The notes below the pieces were generated by a model. The model had not been told where the DNA came from. It ran no database searches and saw only the letters and a program-made list of their open reading frames with translations. Below are positions 1 through 13,547 of a DNA stretch of 47,992 nucleotides, piece by piece. The DNA comes from Octopus sinensis (Eukaryota). Position numbers and translations under genes: made by a program. Within the stretch, counting starts at the first letter, position 1. Each line of letters starts with the position of its first letter. The DNA lies in NCBI RefSeq assembly GCF_006345805.1, contig NW_021834887.1:1-47992 (forward strand). The letters are read 5' to 3'.

Positions 1-40
<40 letters not shown>

Positions 41-348
41 ATATATTATATATATGAGGTAAGACATTATTGTTCACTGCTATTTTTTCCTATCTTGTCT
101 GTAATACTAGATTTGTGACTTTTCAGCGGTACAGAAGTATTTTTGACTTCTGTCATTGGCGATATAGGTACTCATGTGGTACCCTTGTGTGTATATGTAC
201 ATATCTAATATTGTAGATATATTTGATTAATTTGCCTGTACGGCTGAGAATTCGCTTACCATTTGTGATGGTATTTTAATAATGCCATCCCGCCATGATA
301 GATCGTTAGCTCCTAAACGCATTTTTTCTCTCCTTTTATTTCTCTGTA

Positions 349-385
349 TCTTTTTGCGAAGAGCGTAGGCTCGAAACGTAAAAGA
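349..385 (+). ncRNA. Degenerate minimal hammerhead-ribozyme-like motif (Penelope-like element terminal type)
   Basis: TCTTT-[TTG-CGA]-A-GAG-cgtagg-CTC-GAAA-CG-TA-AAAGA. Stems I and II and GAAA-CG-UH are present, but the CUGANGA core is mutated. Confidence 0.4.
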
Positions 386-1249
386 CTTTTTTATTTCTAT
401 TCTGAGCGCTATACTAACACATTTGTTTGTTTGTACTCCACCTGCCTTCGTCTTTTGTTTATTTTCGTAAACTTTCCCGTTATATATATATGAATGTGTG
501 TGTATATGTGTGTCCACGTTGTGTGTACGAATCAACATGTATAACACTCACGAACTGAGCATTTTGGTTGTCGTAAATAATACTATTGTTTCTCTCATCT
601 ATATTACGAGAAACTGTGACTGGCGGTCGAAGAATCCCAGCGTCATATTGTATTTTGCGTACGAGTACCTTGATGTAAGATCTTTAAAATAATGGCTTTA
701 TAATAACTTGAAATTGAAATTCCTAATGAATCCTTCACTTCAGAATATTTATTTCCTCCGGAATATTTGTTTTCTTCATGTAAACAACCTCTGTGTGACG
801 TTTATGATATGATTACAACTCCAACTATTGCAATTTGTACAGCTTTATGTTGCTTTAAGTTGATCACATTGTTTTGAAAAAAAAATTTTTTCAAAATAAT
901 CCACAATGGATCCAGCTGAATTTATTGGATTTAGAAGAATTGCACTTTCTGTAATATTTGTCTTTTACGTGCGAACGACCGCTGCCTGACGGTTATGTTA
1001 TGATTAAGACTTCAACAAATAACTCTTGAACTAATAAATGAATAAATAAAATAAATAAAAATTATTTACAGGTGTTTTTTTTGTGTTTTCATATCGTAGG
1101 GGGCATTCATTCTCAGCCGAAGGATGCTGCTTATACATACTAAAACATACATACAGCCACGCATACACCTATATATATGCATATGTGCGTTTGAGTTGTG
1201 TGTGTGTGTATAAATATATGCCTGTCTATCTATCTATCTATCTATCTGC

Positions 1250-1406
1250 CTGTATATATATATATATATATAATTATATATATATATTATATATAATATA
1301 TATATATATAACATATATATATGTATATATATATATATATATACATACATATATATATGCAAGTATATATATACATATATATATATACATACATTATATA
1401 TACTAT

Positions 1407-1442
<36 letters not shown>

Positions 1443-1684
1443 TATATAATATATACAATTATATATACATATATATATATGATTATATATAAGTATATAT
1501 ATATACACATATATATATATATATATCATACATACATATATATATCATATATATATATATTATATATATTATATATATATATACATATATATATATACAT
1601 ATATATATATACATATTTATATATGTATATATATATAAGTATATATATATACACATATATATATATATATATCTATATATATTA

Positions 1685-1729
<45 letters not shown>

Positions 1730-1772
1730 ATGTATATATTATATATTATACTATATATATATATATATATAC
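1250..1772. repeat. Long imperfect (TA)n microsatellite
   Basis: Visible directly. It generates the spurious YIYI ORFs. The counterpart in copy 2 lies at about 3815-4183. Confidence 0.95.
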
Positions 1773-1825
1773 AAGTGAATCGACAGGCGAAAGGGCACTC
1801 AACATTTATTGGGAGTTGCATGTTT

Positions 1826-1971
1826 AGATCAAAACAGTTTGATTCAGCTCTTTGGTATTCTGGGTTTCAAGAGTGCTGCTAGTCTTCGGCCATTGGGCTC
1901 TGATAACCGAAGACTAGCCACACGCTTGAAACTTAGAGTACCAAGAAATCTGAAACAAACTGTTTTGATCT
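1826..1971. mobile_element. Foldback / MITE-like inverted repeat (second copy about 4237-4381)
   Basis: Imperfect arms of about 65 bp (agatcaaaacagtttg...ctagtcttcgg and ccgaagactag...ctgttttgatct) around a 17-nt loop. Confidence 0.65.
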
Positions 1972-1979
1972 CTCTCTCT

Positions 1980-2035
<56 letters not shown>

Positions 2036-2370
2036 GCTTAGGAGCCCTTCTTGTTTGCTTTCATTGTCCTGTTTCTGTTACCAATTTTGACCTCCGCAAA
2101 ATCCCAATTTTATTTAATTTGCTTTACGGGAGTGACTGTTTTATCGAAAGCGTATATGGTTGTTAAATGTTCGAATACGAGACTAGAGAACAGCCAACAA
2201 CTGATGAAGGTTTGTTCGTTATGTTGTTTTTTTTTTTGTTTTCCATTTGTGTCTTTCGTTGTTCGAAAGAATAGTTCATATTCCATGTACTCCTGCTTTA
2301 TTATTTTTTTTGTTGGACACATTTCTTGACGTTCTGTACCCACATATGCATACATATATACACATATATA

Positions 2371-2564
2371 TTGCTTCAACCATTTGACTGCGGCCATGCT
2401 GGAGCACCGCCTTTAGTCGAGCAAATCGACCCCAGGACCTAATCTTTGTAAGCCTGGTACTTATTCTATCGGTCACTTTTGCCGAACCGCTAGTTACGGG
2501 GACCTAAACACACAGCAGCATCAGTTGTCAAGCGATGTTGGTGGGACAAACATAGAAACACAAA
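2371..2564 (-). mobile_element. tRNA-derived SINE, 3' half
   Basis: Reverse complement of the 3' half of the full-length SINE at 8678-9084 (ggcggtgctccagcatggccgcagtcaaatg). Confidence 0.85.
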
Positions 2565-2571
2565 TATATAT

Positions 2572-2618
<47 letters not shown>

Positions 2619-2621
<3 letters not shown>

Positions 2622-3839
2622 GTAAGACATTATTGTTCACTGCTATTTTTTCCTATCTTGTCTGTAATAGATTTGTGACTATTCAGCGGTACAGAAGTAT
2701 TTTTTACTTCTGTCATTGGCGATATAGGTACTCATGTGGTACCCTTGTGTATTGTACATATCTAATATTGTATGTATATATTTGATTTATTTTGCCTGTA
2801 CGGCTGAGAATTCGCTTACCATTTGTGATGGTATTTTAATAATGCACATCCCGCCATGATAGATCGTTAGCTCCTAAACGCATTTTTTCTCTCCTTTTAT
2901 TTCTCTGTATCTTTTTGTCGAAGAGCGTAGGCTCGAAACGTAAAAGACTTTTTCTATTTCTATTCCTGAGCGCTATACTAACACATTTGTTTGTTTGTAC
3001 TCCACCTGCCTTCGTCTTTTGTTTATTTTCGTAAACTTTCCCGTTATATATATATGAATGTGTGTGTATATGTGTGTCCACGTGTGTGTACGAAATCAAC
3101 ATGTATAACACTCACGAACTGAGCAATTTTGGTTGTCGTAAATAATACTATTGTTTCTCTCATCTATATTTACGAGAAACTGTGACTGGCGGTCGAAGAA
3201 TCCCAGCGTCATATTGTATTTTGCGTACGAGTACCTTGATGTAAGATCATTAAAATAATGGCTTTATAATAATTTTGAAATTGTAATTCCTAATGAATCC
3301 TTCAACTTCAGAATATTTATTTCCTCCGGAATATTTGTTTTCTTCATGTAAACAACCTCTGTGTGACGTTTATGATATGATTACAACTCCAACTATTGCA
3401 ATTTGTACAGCTTTATGTTGCTTTAAGTTGATCACATTGTTTTGAAAAAAAAATTTTCAAATATAATCCACAATGGATCCAGCTGAATTTATTGGATTTA
3501 GAAGAATTGCACTTTCTGTAATATTTGTCTTTTACGTGCGAACGACCGCTGCCTGACGGTTATGTTATGATTAAGACTTCAACCAATAACTCTTGAACTA
3601 ATAATGAATAAATAAAATAAATATCAAAATTATTTACAGGTGTTTTTTTTGTGTTTTCATATCGTAGGGGGCATTCATATCTCCCGAAGGATGCTGCTTT
3701 ACATGTAACATACATACAGCCACGCATGCACCTATATATATGCATAGTGCGTTTGAGTTGTGTGTGTGTGTATAAATATATGCCTGTCTATCTATCTATC
3801 TATCTATCTGCTGTATATATATTATATATATATATATTG

Positions 3840-3871
<32 letters not shown>

Positions 3872-4067
3872 ACATATATATATATATTACATATATATAT
3901 ATACATACATATATATATATGCAAGTATTATATTATATATATATATACATACTAATATCTATACATATATATATAATATTTATTATATATATAATATATA
4001 CATATATATCTAATCCATATATTATTACATATATATATATGTATATATATAAGTATATAATATACAC

Positions 4068-4099
<32 letters not shown>

Positions 4100-4112
4100 C
4101 TATAATATATAG

Positions 4113-4144
<32 letters not shown>

Positions 4145-4387
4145 ATGTCTATATATATATATTATATATATATATATATATACAAGTGAATCGACAGGCG
4201 AAAGGGCACTCAACATTTATTGGGAGTTGCATGGTTTATCAAAACAGTTTGATTCAGACTCTTTGGTATTCTGGGTTTCAAGAGTGCTGCTAGTCTTCGG
4301 CCATTGGGCTCTGATAACCGAAGACTAGCCACACGCTTGAAACTTAGAGTACCAAGAAATCTGAAACAAACTGTTTTGATCTCTCTC

Positions 4388-4444
<57 letters not shown>

Positions 4445-4975
4445 GCTTAGGATCCCTTCTTGTTTGCTTTCATTGTCCTGTTTCTGTTACGAATTTTGAC
4501 CCTCCGCAAAATCCCAAATTTTATTTAATTTGCTTTACGGGAGTGACTGTTTTATCGAAAGCGTATATGGTTGTTAAATGCTCGAAATATGAGACTAGAG
4601 AAACAGCCAACAACTGATGAAGGTTTGTTCTTTATGTTGTTTTTTTTTGTTTTGTTTTCCATTTGTGTCTTTCGTTGTTCGAAAGAATAGTTCATATTCC
4701 ATGTACTCCTGCTTCGTATTTTTTTGTTGGACACATTTCTTGACGTTCTGTACCCACATATGCATACTACATATATACACATATATATTGCTTCAACCAT
4801 TTGACTGCGGCCATGCTGGAGCACCGCCTTTAGTCGAGCAAATCGACCTCAGGACCTAATCTTTGTAAGCCTGGTACTTATTCTATCGGTCACTTTTGCC
4901 GAACCGCTAAGTTACGGGGACCTAAACACACCAGCATCAGTTGTCAAGCGATGTTGGTGGGACAAACATAGAAAC

Positions 4976-4980
<5 letters not shown>
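2619..4980. repeat. Tandem duplication, copy 2
   Basis: Collinear with 56-2564. It differs mainly by scattered 1-2 bp indels and microsatellite length. Confidence 0.95.
2910..2947 (+). ncRNA. Degenerate minimal hammerhead-ribozyme-like motif (duplicate copy)
   Basis: TCTTT-TTGTCGA-A-GAG-cgtagg-CTC-GAAA-CG-TA-AAAGA. The core differs from CTGANGA at two positions. Confidence 0.4.
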
Positions 4981-5032
<52 letters not shown>

Positions 5033-5134
5033 CTATGTATATATATACGATGGGCTTCTTTTCAGTTCCGTCTACCAAATCCACTTAAAATGCTTTGGTT
5101 GGCCTGAGGCTATAGTAGAAGACACTTGCCCAAG
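4788..5134 (-). mobile_element. tRNA-derived SINE with internal (TA)n, lacking the tRNA head
   Basis: Matches both halves of the SINE at 8678-9084 in reverse and ends at gacacttgcccaag. Confidence 0.85.
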
Positions 5135-5203
5135 TGTATCTATAAATATATATACATATTACATATATACATATGCACACACATACACACACACACGCAC
5201 ACA

Positions 5204-6491
5204 CGATGTGGTGCTGAAAATTTCTTAGCTTTAAGTTGATCGTGAGAGAGTAGAACTGTTTCCTTTACAAGGTGTGGGTAGGACAGCTATTTAGTGGAAA
5301 ATATACAAAAAATCACGATGGTATACAATACATCCTTCCTTTTTTTTACAAATTTAGCTCATGATGCCAAATCCTACAGACGACGATTTTGGTAAAATTG
5401 AAGCACGAGTGCTCATGAAGTTCCTCTTTTTTCGAAGCAAAAGAGAGGACAGAATCCATGCCAAAATGGACGAAGTCTTCAAGGATGGCTGCCCATCTTA
5501 CTCCACTTTGAAATATAGAAATCAAGGATTCAGACTGGTCATTTCGAGGTCACAGATGAACTGCAGTCAGGACGGCCAACTTCCGCGACCACAGAAGACA
5601 AAGATGACGTTGTGCACGTCATGAATCTCGAGGATCGCCGCATTTCGGCTAAAGATCATCGCATTTCAGCAACTCTTTCACGTGTTGGTCACATCAACCA
5701 TGAAGAGTTGGCCACATCAGCCACAATATTCTGGGCATGAGAAATATTTCCGTAAAATGAGAGCCCAAATGCTTGAACGCAGATCAGAAGCATATCAGAT
5801 TGACGACATCAAATGCAATTTTGGACTGGTTTGAAGAGAGAGAAGTTGATTTTATAGCTCGTTTAACCACCATGGATGAAACTTGGCTTCATAGTTATGA
5901 TTCCCATACCAAGCAGCAATCAATGGAATGGGTCACAGCGGCTCACCGCATCCCAAGAAATTTCGAACCCAGAAGTCAGCTGGAAGGATTCTGACTTCAC
6001 TGTTCTGGGACAAGATGGAGTACTTGTCATAAAACACATGCCAATGGGTCGCACCATCACGCAGAATACTACACGTGTCTGTTGGATGAACTGCTTGAAA
6101 CTTTGAAGCAGAAACGCCATGGGAAGCTGAGACTGTTCTTACAGGAAAAGGCACCAACACCACAGCACATAAACTCTACGGAAAATACGCAATTTTGGCT
6201 TCGAATTCGTAGACCACCCGACTTAATTTCCTGACTGGCCCTTTCCGACTATCACCTCTTTCCACAACTGAAGAGAACGAAATTTCACTGAGATTCGCAA
6301 GTGATCGCTGATACAGGGGCCTGAATGGTGGCCTCTGTAACAGGGCTTAGAAAAACTGACAAGCATAGAAAAACTAAAGGCCCTCTGTAATAAGTTTTTG
6401 AATGTGAGAGGGGAGTATACTAAAATCATAATTAACTGATCCTCCTGTATTTACTTTTACACAAAGCCAGGAAATTTTCAGCATCCTCTCG
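5204..6491 (+). mobile_element. Full-length degenerate mariner (DD34D-type) transposon with transposase pseudogene
   Basis: About 28-bp TIRs (cgatgtggtgctgaaaatttcttagcttt / aaagccaggaaattttcagcatcctctcg) and 1.29 kb length. Fragmented ORFs read KIEARVLMKFLF...PSYSTLKY (HTH), DFIARLTTMDETWLHSYDSHTKQQSMEWV, and a PSDYHLFPQLK-like motif. Multiple stops and frameshifts. Confidence 0.9.
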
Positions 6492-6975
6492 TGTATATAT
6501 GTGTGTGTGTGTATGTGCATATATATATATATATATAATATATACATATATATATACCCACTCACACCATGTATATAAACACGGATAAAGTGGAATTATA
6601 AACAGTTAAAATCGTAATTCACATAGCAACACTCAGAGAACCGCAAAGCGTGTGATAGTGCGAAATATAGATCGTCTGCTGTTAAGTGACAGATACTATC
6701 AAAATAACTTCAACAGAACCAATCAAAGTGTTATTTAATTAATTTATTAGATAAATAGTTAGCTGATTATCCAATTAACTGGGCATGGCAGAAGTGAAAT
6801 TTAATCAGTGCGTATGATTTAATGGGCAACAGAACATTCGAAAAATACAAAAATATTTCATTAAATACACAATTTCACACGTGCTATTTGCAAAACAAGC
6901 AGAGAAACAAACGCAAGCGTACACAGTTAGACAGAAACTACCTAAACACAGCCACACACGTATGTATACATTATA

Positions 6976-7015
<40 letters not shown>

Positions 7016-7056
7016 TGGTGTATGTGTATGTATGTGGTGTGTTGTGTGTGTGTGTA

Positions 7057-7556
7057 TGGCCTGTCAGCCTTGTAATGACATGCATAGATCTGGTCATCAA
7101 TCTAAGTAGAGACTTCAAACCTGAAATATTCAAAGCCACAGTCGAACCAATTCTACTATATGGCTCAGAAACCTGGACGTTATCAAAGAGCTTGAGAGGC
7201 GGTTGGATGGAACCTACACTCGCCTCCTTATGAGAGCTCAAAAATCTCTCGTGGAAGCCGCCATCCAACCAAAATGCAAATATATGGGAAACTACCACCT
7301 TTGTCATCTCTTGAGGAGGGTAGGAGAGTCCATTTGCTGGACATTGTTGTAGAGCTGAAAAAGAAGTAATTTCTACTCTTCTCCTCTGGAAGCCATCTAC
7401 TCGCATACCAGAGGGCGCACACTCTCCTACCCTGATGTAATCTCCAGGGATACAGGCATCCAGCAACAGGACCTCCGTAATGCCATGATGGACCGTGAAG
7501 TCTGGCGTAGCGTGGTAAATTCCATTGTCTCGACCACGGTCGAACAATGATGATGA
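7057..7556 (+). mobile_element. 5'-truncated RTE-type LINE, 3' end
   Basis: Frameshifted reading IFKATVEPILLYGSETWTLS...LDGTYTRLLMRAQ...FAGHCCRAEKEVIS...DREVWRSVVNSIVSTTVEQ*, ending in a (TGA)3 tail. Confidence 0.85.
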
Positions 7557-7668
7557 ATGTGTGTCTACCTCCCTGAATGTATTTGTTCAGATTTTCACTT
7601 TTTGGGAATATTGATAGTTTGTAATTCCTGTACTGGTGAGAACTGGAAAACACATTAATTAAACAAGT

Positions 7669-7703
<35 letters not shown>

Positions 7704-7958
7704 GCGCACACATGTAACAAAAATCAGACCATTATCCATAGACAGATATCTAATATATTCTTTATACTTTTGTTGTACACGTTGTGTATTGTTGTTAAAA
7801 TCTTTTTGTTGTATGACAGTCATTCTAATAGACACATAATGGAAATTAATTTGTATTTTACAGTTGGTATTTTGCAATGTTAATATTTTTTCTTTCTCCT
7901 TTTATGGTTTCGGTACATCATGCATCTGTGTGTGCGTGTGTGTATGTGTGTGTGTGTG

Positions 7959-8000
<42 letters not shown>

Positions 8001-8131
8001 TTGTGTGTGTGTAATATTGGTGATATTCATCTAAGCAAGTAAACAAACCAGTGAGATGTCCTCTGACATGGCCTAAACTGTGGTCGTTAAGAACAAACAA
8101 AAGAATTAAATACATAAAGAACACACACACA

Positions 8132-8170
<39 letters not shown>

Positions 8171-8677
8171 ACGCACGCACGCACACATACGCACACATAC
8201 GCACACATACACACATGAATCAAAACAGTCATACATACTAACAAACATACATTTATAAATAATGAATCGAACGGAATTATTACAATGGAGACTAATCTAC
8301 TGCTTTTGTTACTAAATCGCGTTCCTACTACGAAGTAATTCGCATTTCTTTTCCTATGTTCTTGCTACTCTTGATCTTAGTTCTCGCACACTCACTTACA
8401 CACACACATACACACTCAGGCACACACTTGCACATACATATATACGCGCGTGCGCAATACAATATACCGTTGAATATTTGGGACTCAAAAGAAAACTCCA
8501 TCTGTAAGATTTAAGAAAGAAATAAAATATTCACGCAACATATTTTTTCTATCGACTCCTTTAATGTATGTCTGATCTGCTTAATCTTCGCATTAATGTA
8601 GATAATGCTATACATACATACATACATACATACATACATACATACATACATACATACATACATACATACATACATAC

Positions 8678-9084
8678 GTGGCTGTGTGGTAAGTAGCTTG
8701 TTTACCAACCACATGGTTCTGGGTTCAGTCCCACTGCGTGGCACCTTGGGCAAGTGTCTTCTTCTATAGCCTCGGGCCGACCAAAGCATTGTGAGTGGAT
8801 TTGGTAGACGGAAACTGAAAGAAGCCCGTCGTATATATGTATATATATATATGTGTGTGTGTTTGTGTGTCTGCGTTTGTCCCCCTAGAATTGCTTGACA
8901 ACCGATGCTGGTGTGTTTATGTCCCCGTCACTTAGCGGTTCGGCAAAAGAGACCGATAGAATAAGTACTGGGCTTACAAAAGAATAAGTCCCGGGGTCGA
9001 GTTGCTCGATTAAAGGCGGTGCTCCAGCATGGCCGCAGTCAAATGACTGAAACAAGTAAAAGAGTAAATGAGAGTAAAGAGTAA
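8678..9084 (+). mobile_element. Full-length tRNA-derived SINE (family 1)
   Basis: tRNA-like head (tggctgtgtggtaag...gggttcagtccc), central gcaccttgggcaagtgtcttc domain, internal TA/TG repeat and (agagtaa)n tail. Multiple related copies occur in the window. Confidence 0.9.
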
Positions 9085-9224
9085 TACATACACACACATT
9101 CATACACATACATACATACATACATACATACATACATACATACATACATACATACATACATACATACATACACACACACACAAACACACACACATAATAT
9201 ATATACATGTATATATTCTTTTAT

Positions 9225-9510
9225 TATTTTACTTGTATCAGCCATTAGATTGTGGCCATGCTGGGGCAGCGTCTTGCTGAATTTCAGTCGAACGAATCGA
9301 CCCCAATACACATTCTATTTGTCTATTTTGCTGAACTGCTAAGTTACGGGGACATAAACGCACTAACACATATACACGTTGGGCTTCTTCCTGTTTCTGT
9401 TTACCAAATCCATTGATAAGACTTTGGTTGACCAGAGGATACAAGAGGACATAACTGCGCAAGGTACCGCACAGTGAGACTGAACCTGGAACCATGTGGT
9501 TGGAAGCAAA
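9225..9510 (-). mobile_element. Degenerate SINE family 1 copy
   Basis: Diverged reverse-complement match to 8678-9084. Confidence 0.7.
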
Positions 9511-9869
9511 CTTCATAAGCTTTCAAACGAATATAAAATAATTTTTTGGGAATTAAGATTCCAATGTACATAAGTGTTAAAGATAATTGCAATTAAAGAA
9601 AGGCAACCGCCGACTTTTTCTATCAAAATTAGTCGTCCAACACAATATTTACATGCTATTATTTGTAGCATGTATGTGCTTCGAGATCCTTTTCCCAAAA
9701 CAAAAAGAGGATTATACACACTCACATACATATACACTTTCTCATGCGCGCGCACATGCACACACACACACACACACACCACACACACACACACATATGC
9801 ATGTTCTCTTCTGATTTTAATCATTTACGTTCTTCCTCTGAAGATGGAGCAGGTTTTTAAACATGAGAA

Positions 9870-10690
9870 AAGTCTTGCATATTTTTACTGTTCCACCTGG
9901 AAATTGTATTTGCAATGCACAAGTTTGTTGGTTCCTTTTGCAGAAAACTCTAGCTTATCCAGATTGTCGCTTAGGCATTTACTTACAAAACTAAGTGCAC
10001 CAATTATTATTTGTATAAATGTGAATTTATAATCTGGATATAGAAGCTGGAGGCTTCGAAGCAGTTGCGCAAAGATATCCTCTTTCTCTTTGATATTCAA
10101 ACAGATATTCACAATCAAAAGGACAGCTGAGCGCTCTGACAATGCGTACTTTTTCTTGCCTGTCCCCAACAACGGCATCCAGCCTGTTACGTTTGAACTT
10201 GACAAACGTTTCGATGGGAATATTCCACCAGTATTCCTTGTGTTGACGTTTGTGTATGCATTCGATGACAGGGAGATTATCTATATTTATTCGAGGACAG
10301 TCGGTTTTCCAAATAGCATTGTATATTGTTTTTGCGACAACGCCATGCCACATAACGAGGTACTAACTTGATGACATTTTTGGAAAGCTACTAATCACAT
10401 GAATGATACCTTCCGTAGGATTTATGACACAATCAACATTTTCGGTTGGATCTTGGAGCTCTAAGCACTTCACTATCTCTTCTACCTATTATTGATTTCG
10501 TAGTAATCGTCTGTTCTTGGATTGAAATGCATAGCTTTCCAAGTTTGATGTAATGTAGCGGTTACGAGTCCAAGAGAGGTTGCACTTCATGCAATATTAG
10601 TCTTCTTCAAGTCTTTGGGAAACATACCCATGTATAGTCACTTTTTGGTATGCTGAGAGTTTCACATCCAGCATGGTGTCGGTTCAGTAT
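9870..10690 (-). pseudogene. Old RLE-type non-LTR retrotransposon C-terminal fragment (CCHC knuckle plus restriction-like endonuclease)
   Basis: Frameshifted reading KC*LCHK..IIHVISSFPKMSS..YLVMWHGVVAK...EYWWNIPIET..NRLDAVVGDRQEK..SCPF..KEKEDIFAQL..LYPDYKFTFIQIIIGALSFV. Confidence 0.8.
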
Positions 10691-10749
10691 TCTCTCCTTA
10701 CTTGCATTTACGCACGATCATTAAAGTTAAAATCCCTATCTTCGCTCTA

Positions 10750-10916
10750 GATGTATGTATGCATGTATGTATGTATGTATGTATGTATGTATGTATATAT
10801 GTATGTATGAATGGATGAATGAATGAATGTATGCATTATGTATGTATGTATGTATGTATGTATGTATGTATGTATGTATGTATGAATGGATGAATGAATG
10901 AATGTATGCATGTGTG

Positions 10917-10948
<32 letters not shown>

Positions 10949-11027
10949 AATGGATGAATGAATGAATGAACGTATGCATGTATGTATGTATGTATGTATG
11001 TATGTATGTATGTATGTATGTATGTAT
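10750..11027. repeat. Compound (TATG)n/(TGAA)n microsatellite
   Basis: Visible directly. A similar (TATG)n/(TAGG)n tract lies at about 11775-11952. Confidence 0.95.
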
Positions 11028-12424
11028 CTATGCTGTACGGAGTATGCCATTAAACTGCATCCTGTAGTGAGGTTTCAGTACGGAAGTTCTGGAGTCGTGT
11101 GGGAACGTGGAGTCACCTCCATATATCATTACTCTCGTGTTCATTCTAATTCAAAACAGTAGTACCTGTCAGCGTATGTATGGGTTAGATAGATTTTCCA
11201 CGGGTATAGGAAGCTCCCGTCATTTCTGAAAAAGCTATGCTTCTCCTAGGAGAAGTATACTCTAACATAAGACTCGTAGTCAAAATAGTATGAGTCATCT
11301 TGCAATGCTTGTCATTTGAGTCCACTATGGCGACCAAGAGAGTAAGAAAAGTGTTGTACAAGCTTTTGTCACTTAAATCCGACGACGTATAGACGTCTCA
11401 CTATCATTTCGTTTCTTGACCAGTTTTGTATTTTATGAAATCCTATTGTAGGATGAAAGCAAACCAGAACAATTCTATTAAATGTATGCATGAAGGTTAT
11501 CATTTGACATCATGACGCAATCATCAAGTATATTATTATTCAGTTTTATTTCAAGATTTCTTACCAATAGAGAAAGAGCCGGTTTCTAACCTAAATCCAA
11601 AGCTCCTTCACTGGAATTTCAACAACATCAATAGGGTATTTTTTATGTATATATAGGTGCAGATTTGAGTGTTTTGTTTTATGTATGAATTTCCATGCTT
11701 ATAGTTGCATATCTAGACATGCTTATATATACTTAAATGATAAACTTCTGGAAAGTTTTAAGTACGTATATATCTAGATAGGTAGGTAGGTAGGTAAGTA
11801 TGTATGTATGTATGTATGTATGTATGTATGTATGTATGTATGTATGTATGTATGTATGTATGTATGTATGTAGGTAGGTATGTAGGGAGGTAGTTAGGTA
11901 CGTAGGTAGGTATGTATGTATGTATGTATGTTGGTAGGTAGGTAGGTAGGTATACATACATAAGGACAACACAGACGAAATATCTATCTATCCAGCAGAG
12001 TGATATAAAATATCCATATTTCTAACACTGAAGCAATAAATAGTTTCTTTCTGTCAAGAGATAAGTAAAACATACGCTCAACTATTTTGCTGTCAACTCT
12101 ATAGAATATTTAATTGCAAATTTATCGGTAATCCTTTATAGACAGAAAAATCCAGCAATATAAATACAAAATCATTTAACACATACAAAATTATATAGAA
12201 GCATTTATTTCTTTCAGATTATAAGTTACTAATATTTTCTAATGTAATGCATATCTGTATTCATAAATATACTGAAAATTGAATGTATATCCATATAGAC
12301 ACTTTTTGTTTATTTTTACAAATATTGGTTAATAAGAGAACAACGAACAATGAGAATCTTAGGATAGTATTATAAATATAGAAAATTTCATTGACCCATA
12401 GTTTATGTATTTTGAAACCATGTG

Positions 12425-12825
12425 TAGAGGCGCAGGCATGTTCGTGTGGTAATGAAGCATGCTTTTCAACCATGAAAGTTTCAGGTTCAGTCACACTATG
12501 TGCCACTTTGTGTAAGTGTCTTCTACTATAACTCCGGACTGACCAATGACTCGTGGGTGAACGGAAACTATGCAGAAGCCCATCGTATACATATGTGTGT
12601 ATATATGTGTCTGTCTGTCTTTGTGCTTGTGTGTGCGTTTTCGCCCACTCGTTCACAGCCGGTGCTGGTTTCTTTACGTTCCATAACTTAGCAGCTCGGC
12701 AAAAACGAGCCGCGATAATAAATACAAGACTTTAAAATAAGTAAGTCTTTGAAGCGTTTGTTCGACTAAACCTTTCAGGATGGTGCCCCAGCATGGCCAC
12801 AGTTTAATGACGGAAAGAAGTATAT
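12425..12825 (+). mobile_element. Degenerate SINE family 1 copy
   Basis: Head (aggcgcaggcatgttcgtgtggtaa...ggttcagtcacac) and 3' part (ggtgccccagcatggccacagtttaatgac) match 8678-9084. Confidence 0.75.
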
Positions 12826-12867
12826 GGTAAAAGATAACTACTATGTGTGTGCACGCGCACGTGTGTT

Positions 12868-12938
<71 letters not shown>

Positions 12939-13404
12939 CTGTATATATAAAAGGCAGGATGTGTGTGTGAGTGTGTGTGTGTGTGTGTGTGTGTACATTT
13001 TGCACGTCCACAAATTAGGATGCATGTCGCTCCAACTTTAGGAGGACATTCGTCATGAACCTAGCTGTATTTTCGTCAACTTATTTTTTGTTTACCAGAG
13101 GCACCAGCGAATAGCAGTAAAAATAAATTTTCAATCAAAACTTTTAACAATTTTCAAGTCGGAGAAATCACCGTTGTTTGCAAACAGGAGTTAAGTCCCC
13201 TTCTAGCGACGAGTAAGTTTTTGTTGACTTTTGTTGTTTTTTTTCCATCGAAGAAAAAATTGTTTTGTTGATATACGGGCAACACACACACGCACACACA
13301 CACATACACACACACACACAAACACACACACACGAACATGTATGCATACAAAAAACATGTATGCTATGGGTGTATGTACGTACGTGCGTGTATGTGTGTG
13401 TTGC

Positions 13405-13547
13405 CCATATATATATATAGAAAAACAAATTTCAACGGATTTCGCCCAAATTTAACGTCGATATTACTTAGATTGGTTTGAAATAAAGAACTTGATTAGC
13501 TTAATAATCCTAACTTAATCGCGGGCAAATCCGGATTATACTGCTAG
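13405..13547 (+). mobile_element. Possible non-autonomous Helitron 3' remnant
   Basis: Ends gcgggcaaatccggattatactgCTAG followed by T, resembling the 3' ends at 46500 and 47470. Confidence 0.4.

Larger units (their letters stand above)
56..2564. repeat. Tandem duplication, copy 1 (about 2.5 kb unit)
   Basis: Sequence starting gaggtaagacattattg at 56 recurs at 2619 and stays collinear to gggacaaacatagaaacacaaa (ending 2564 and 4980). Confidence 0.95.

Noticed and set aside
1083-1778. 231-aa ORF and the many other YIYI, CVCV, HTHT, MYVC and LLLL/IIII ORFs in the track
   Set aside because: They are translations of (TA)n, (TG)n, (TATG)n and (TTA)n microsatellites.
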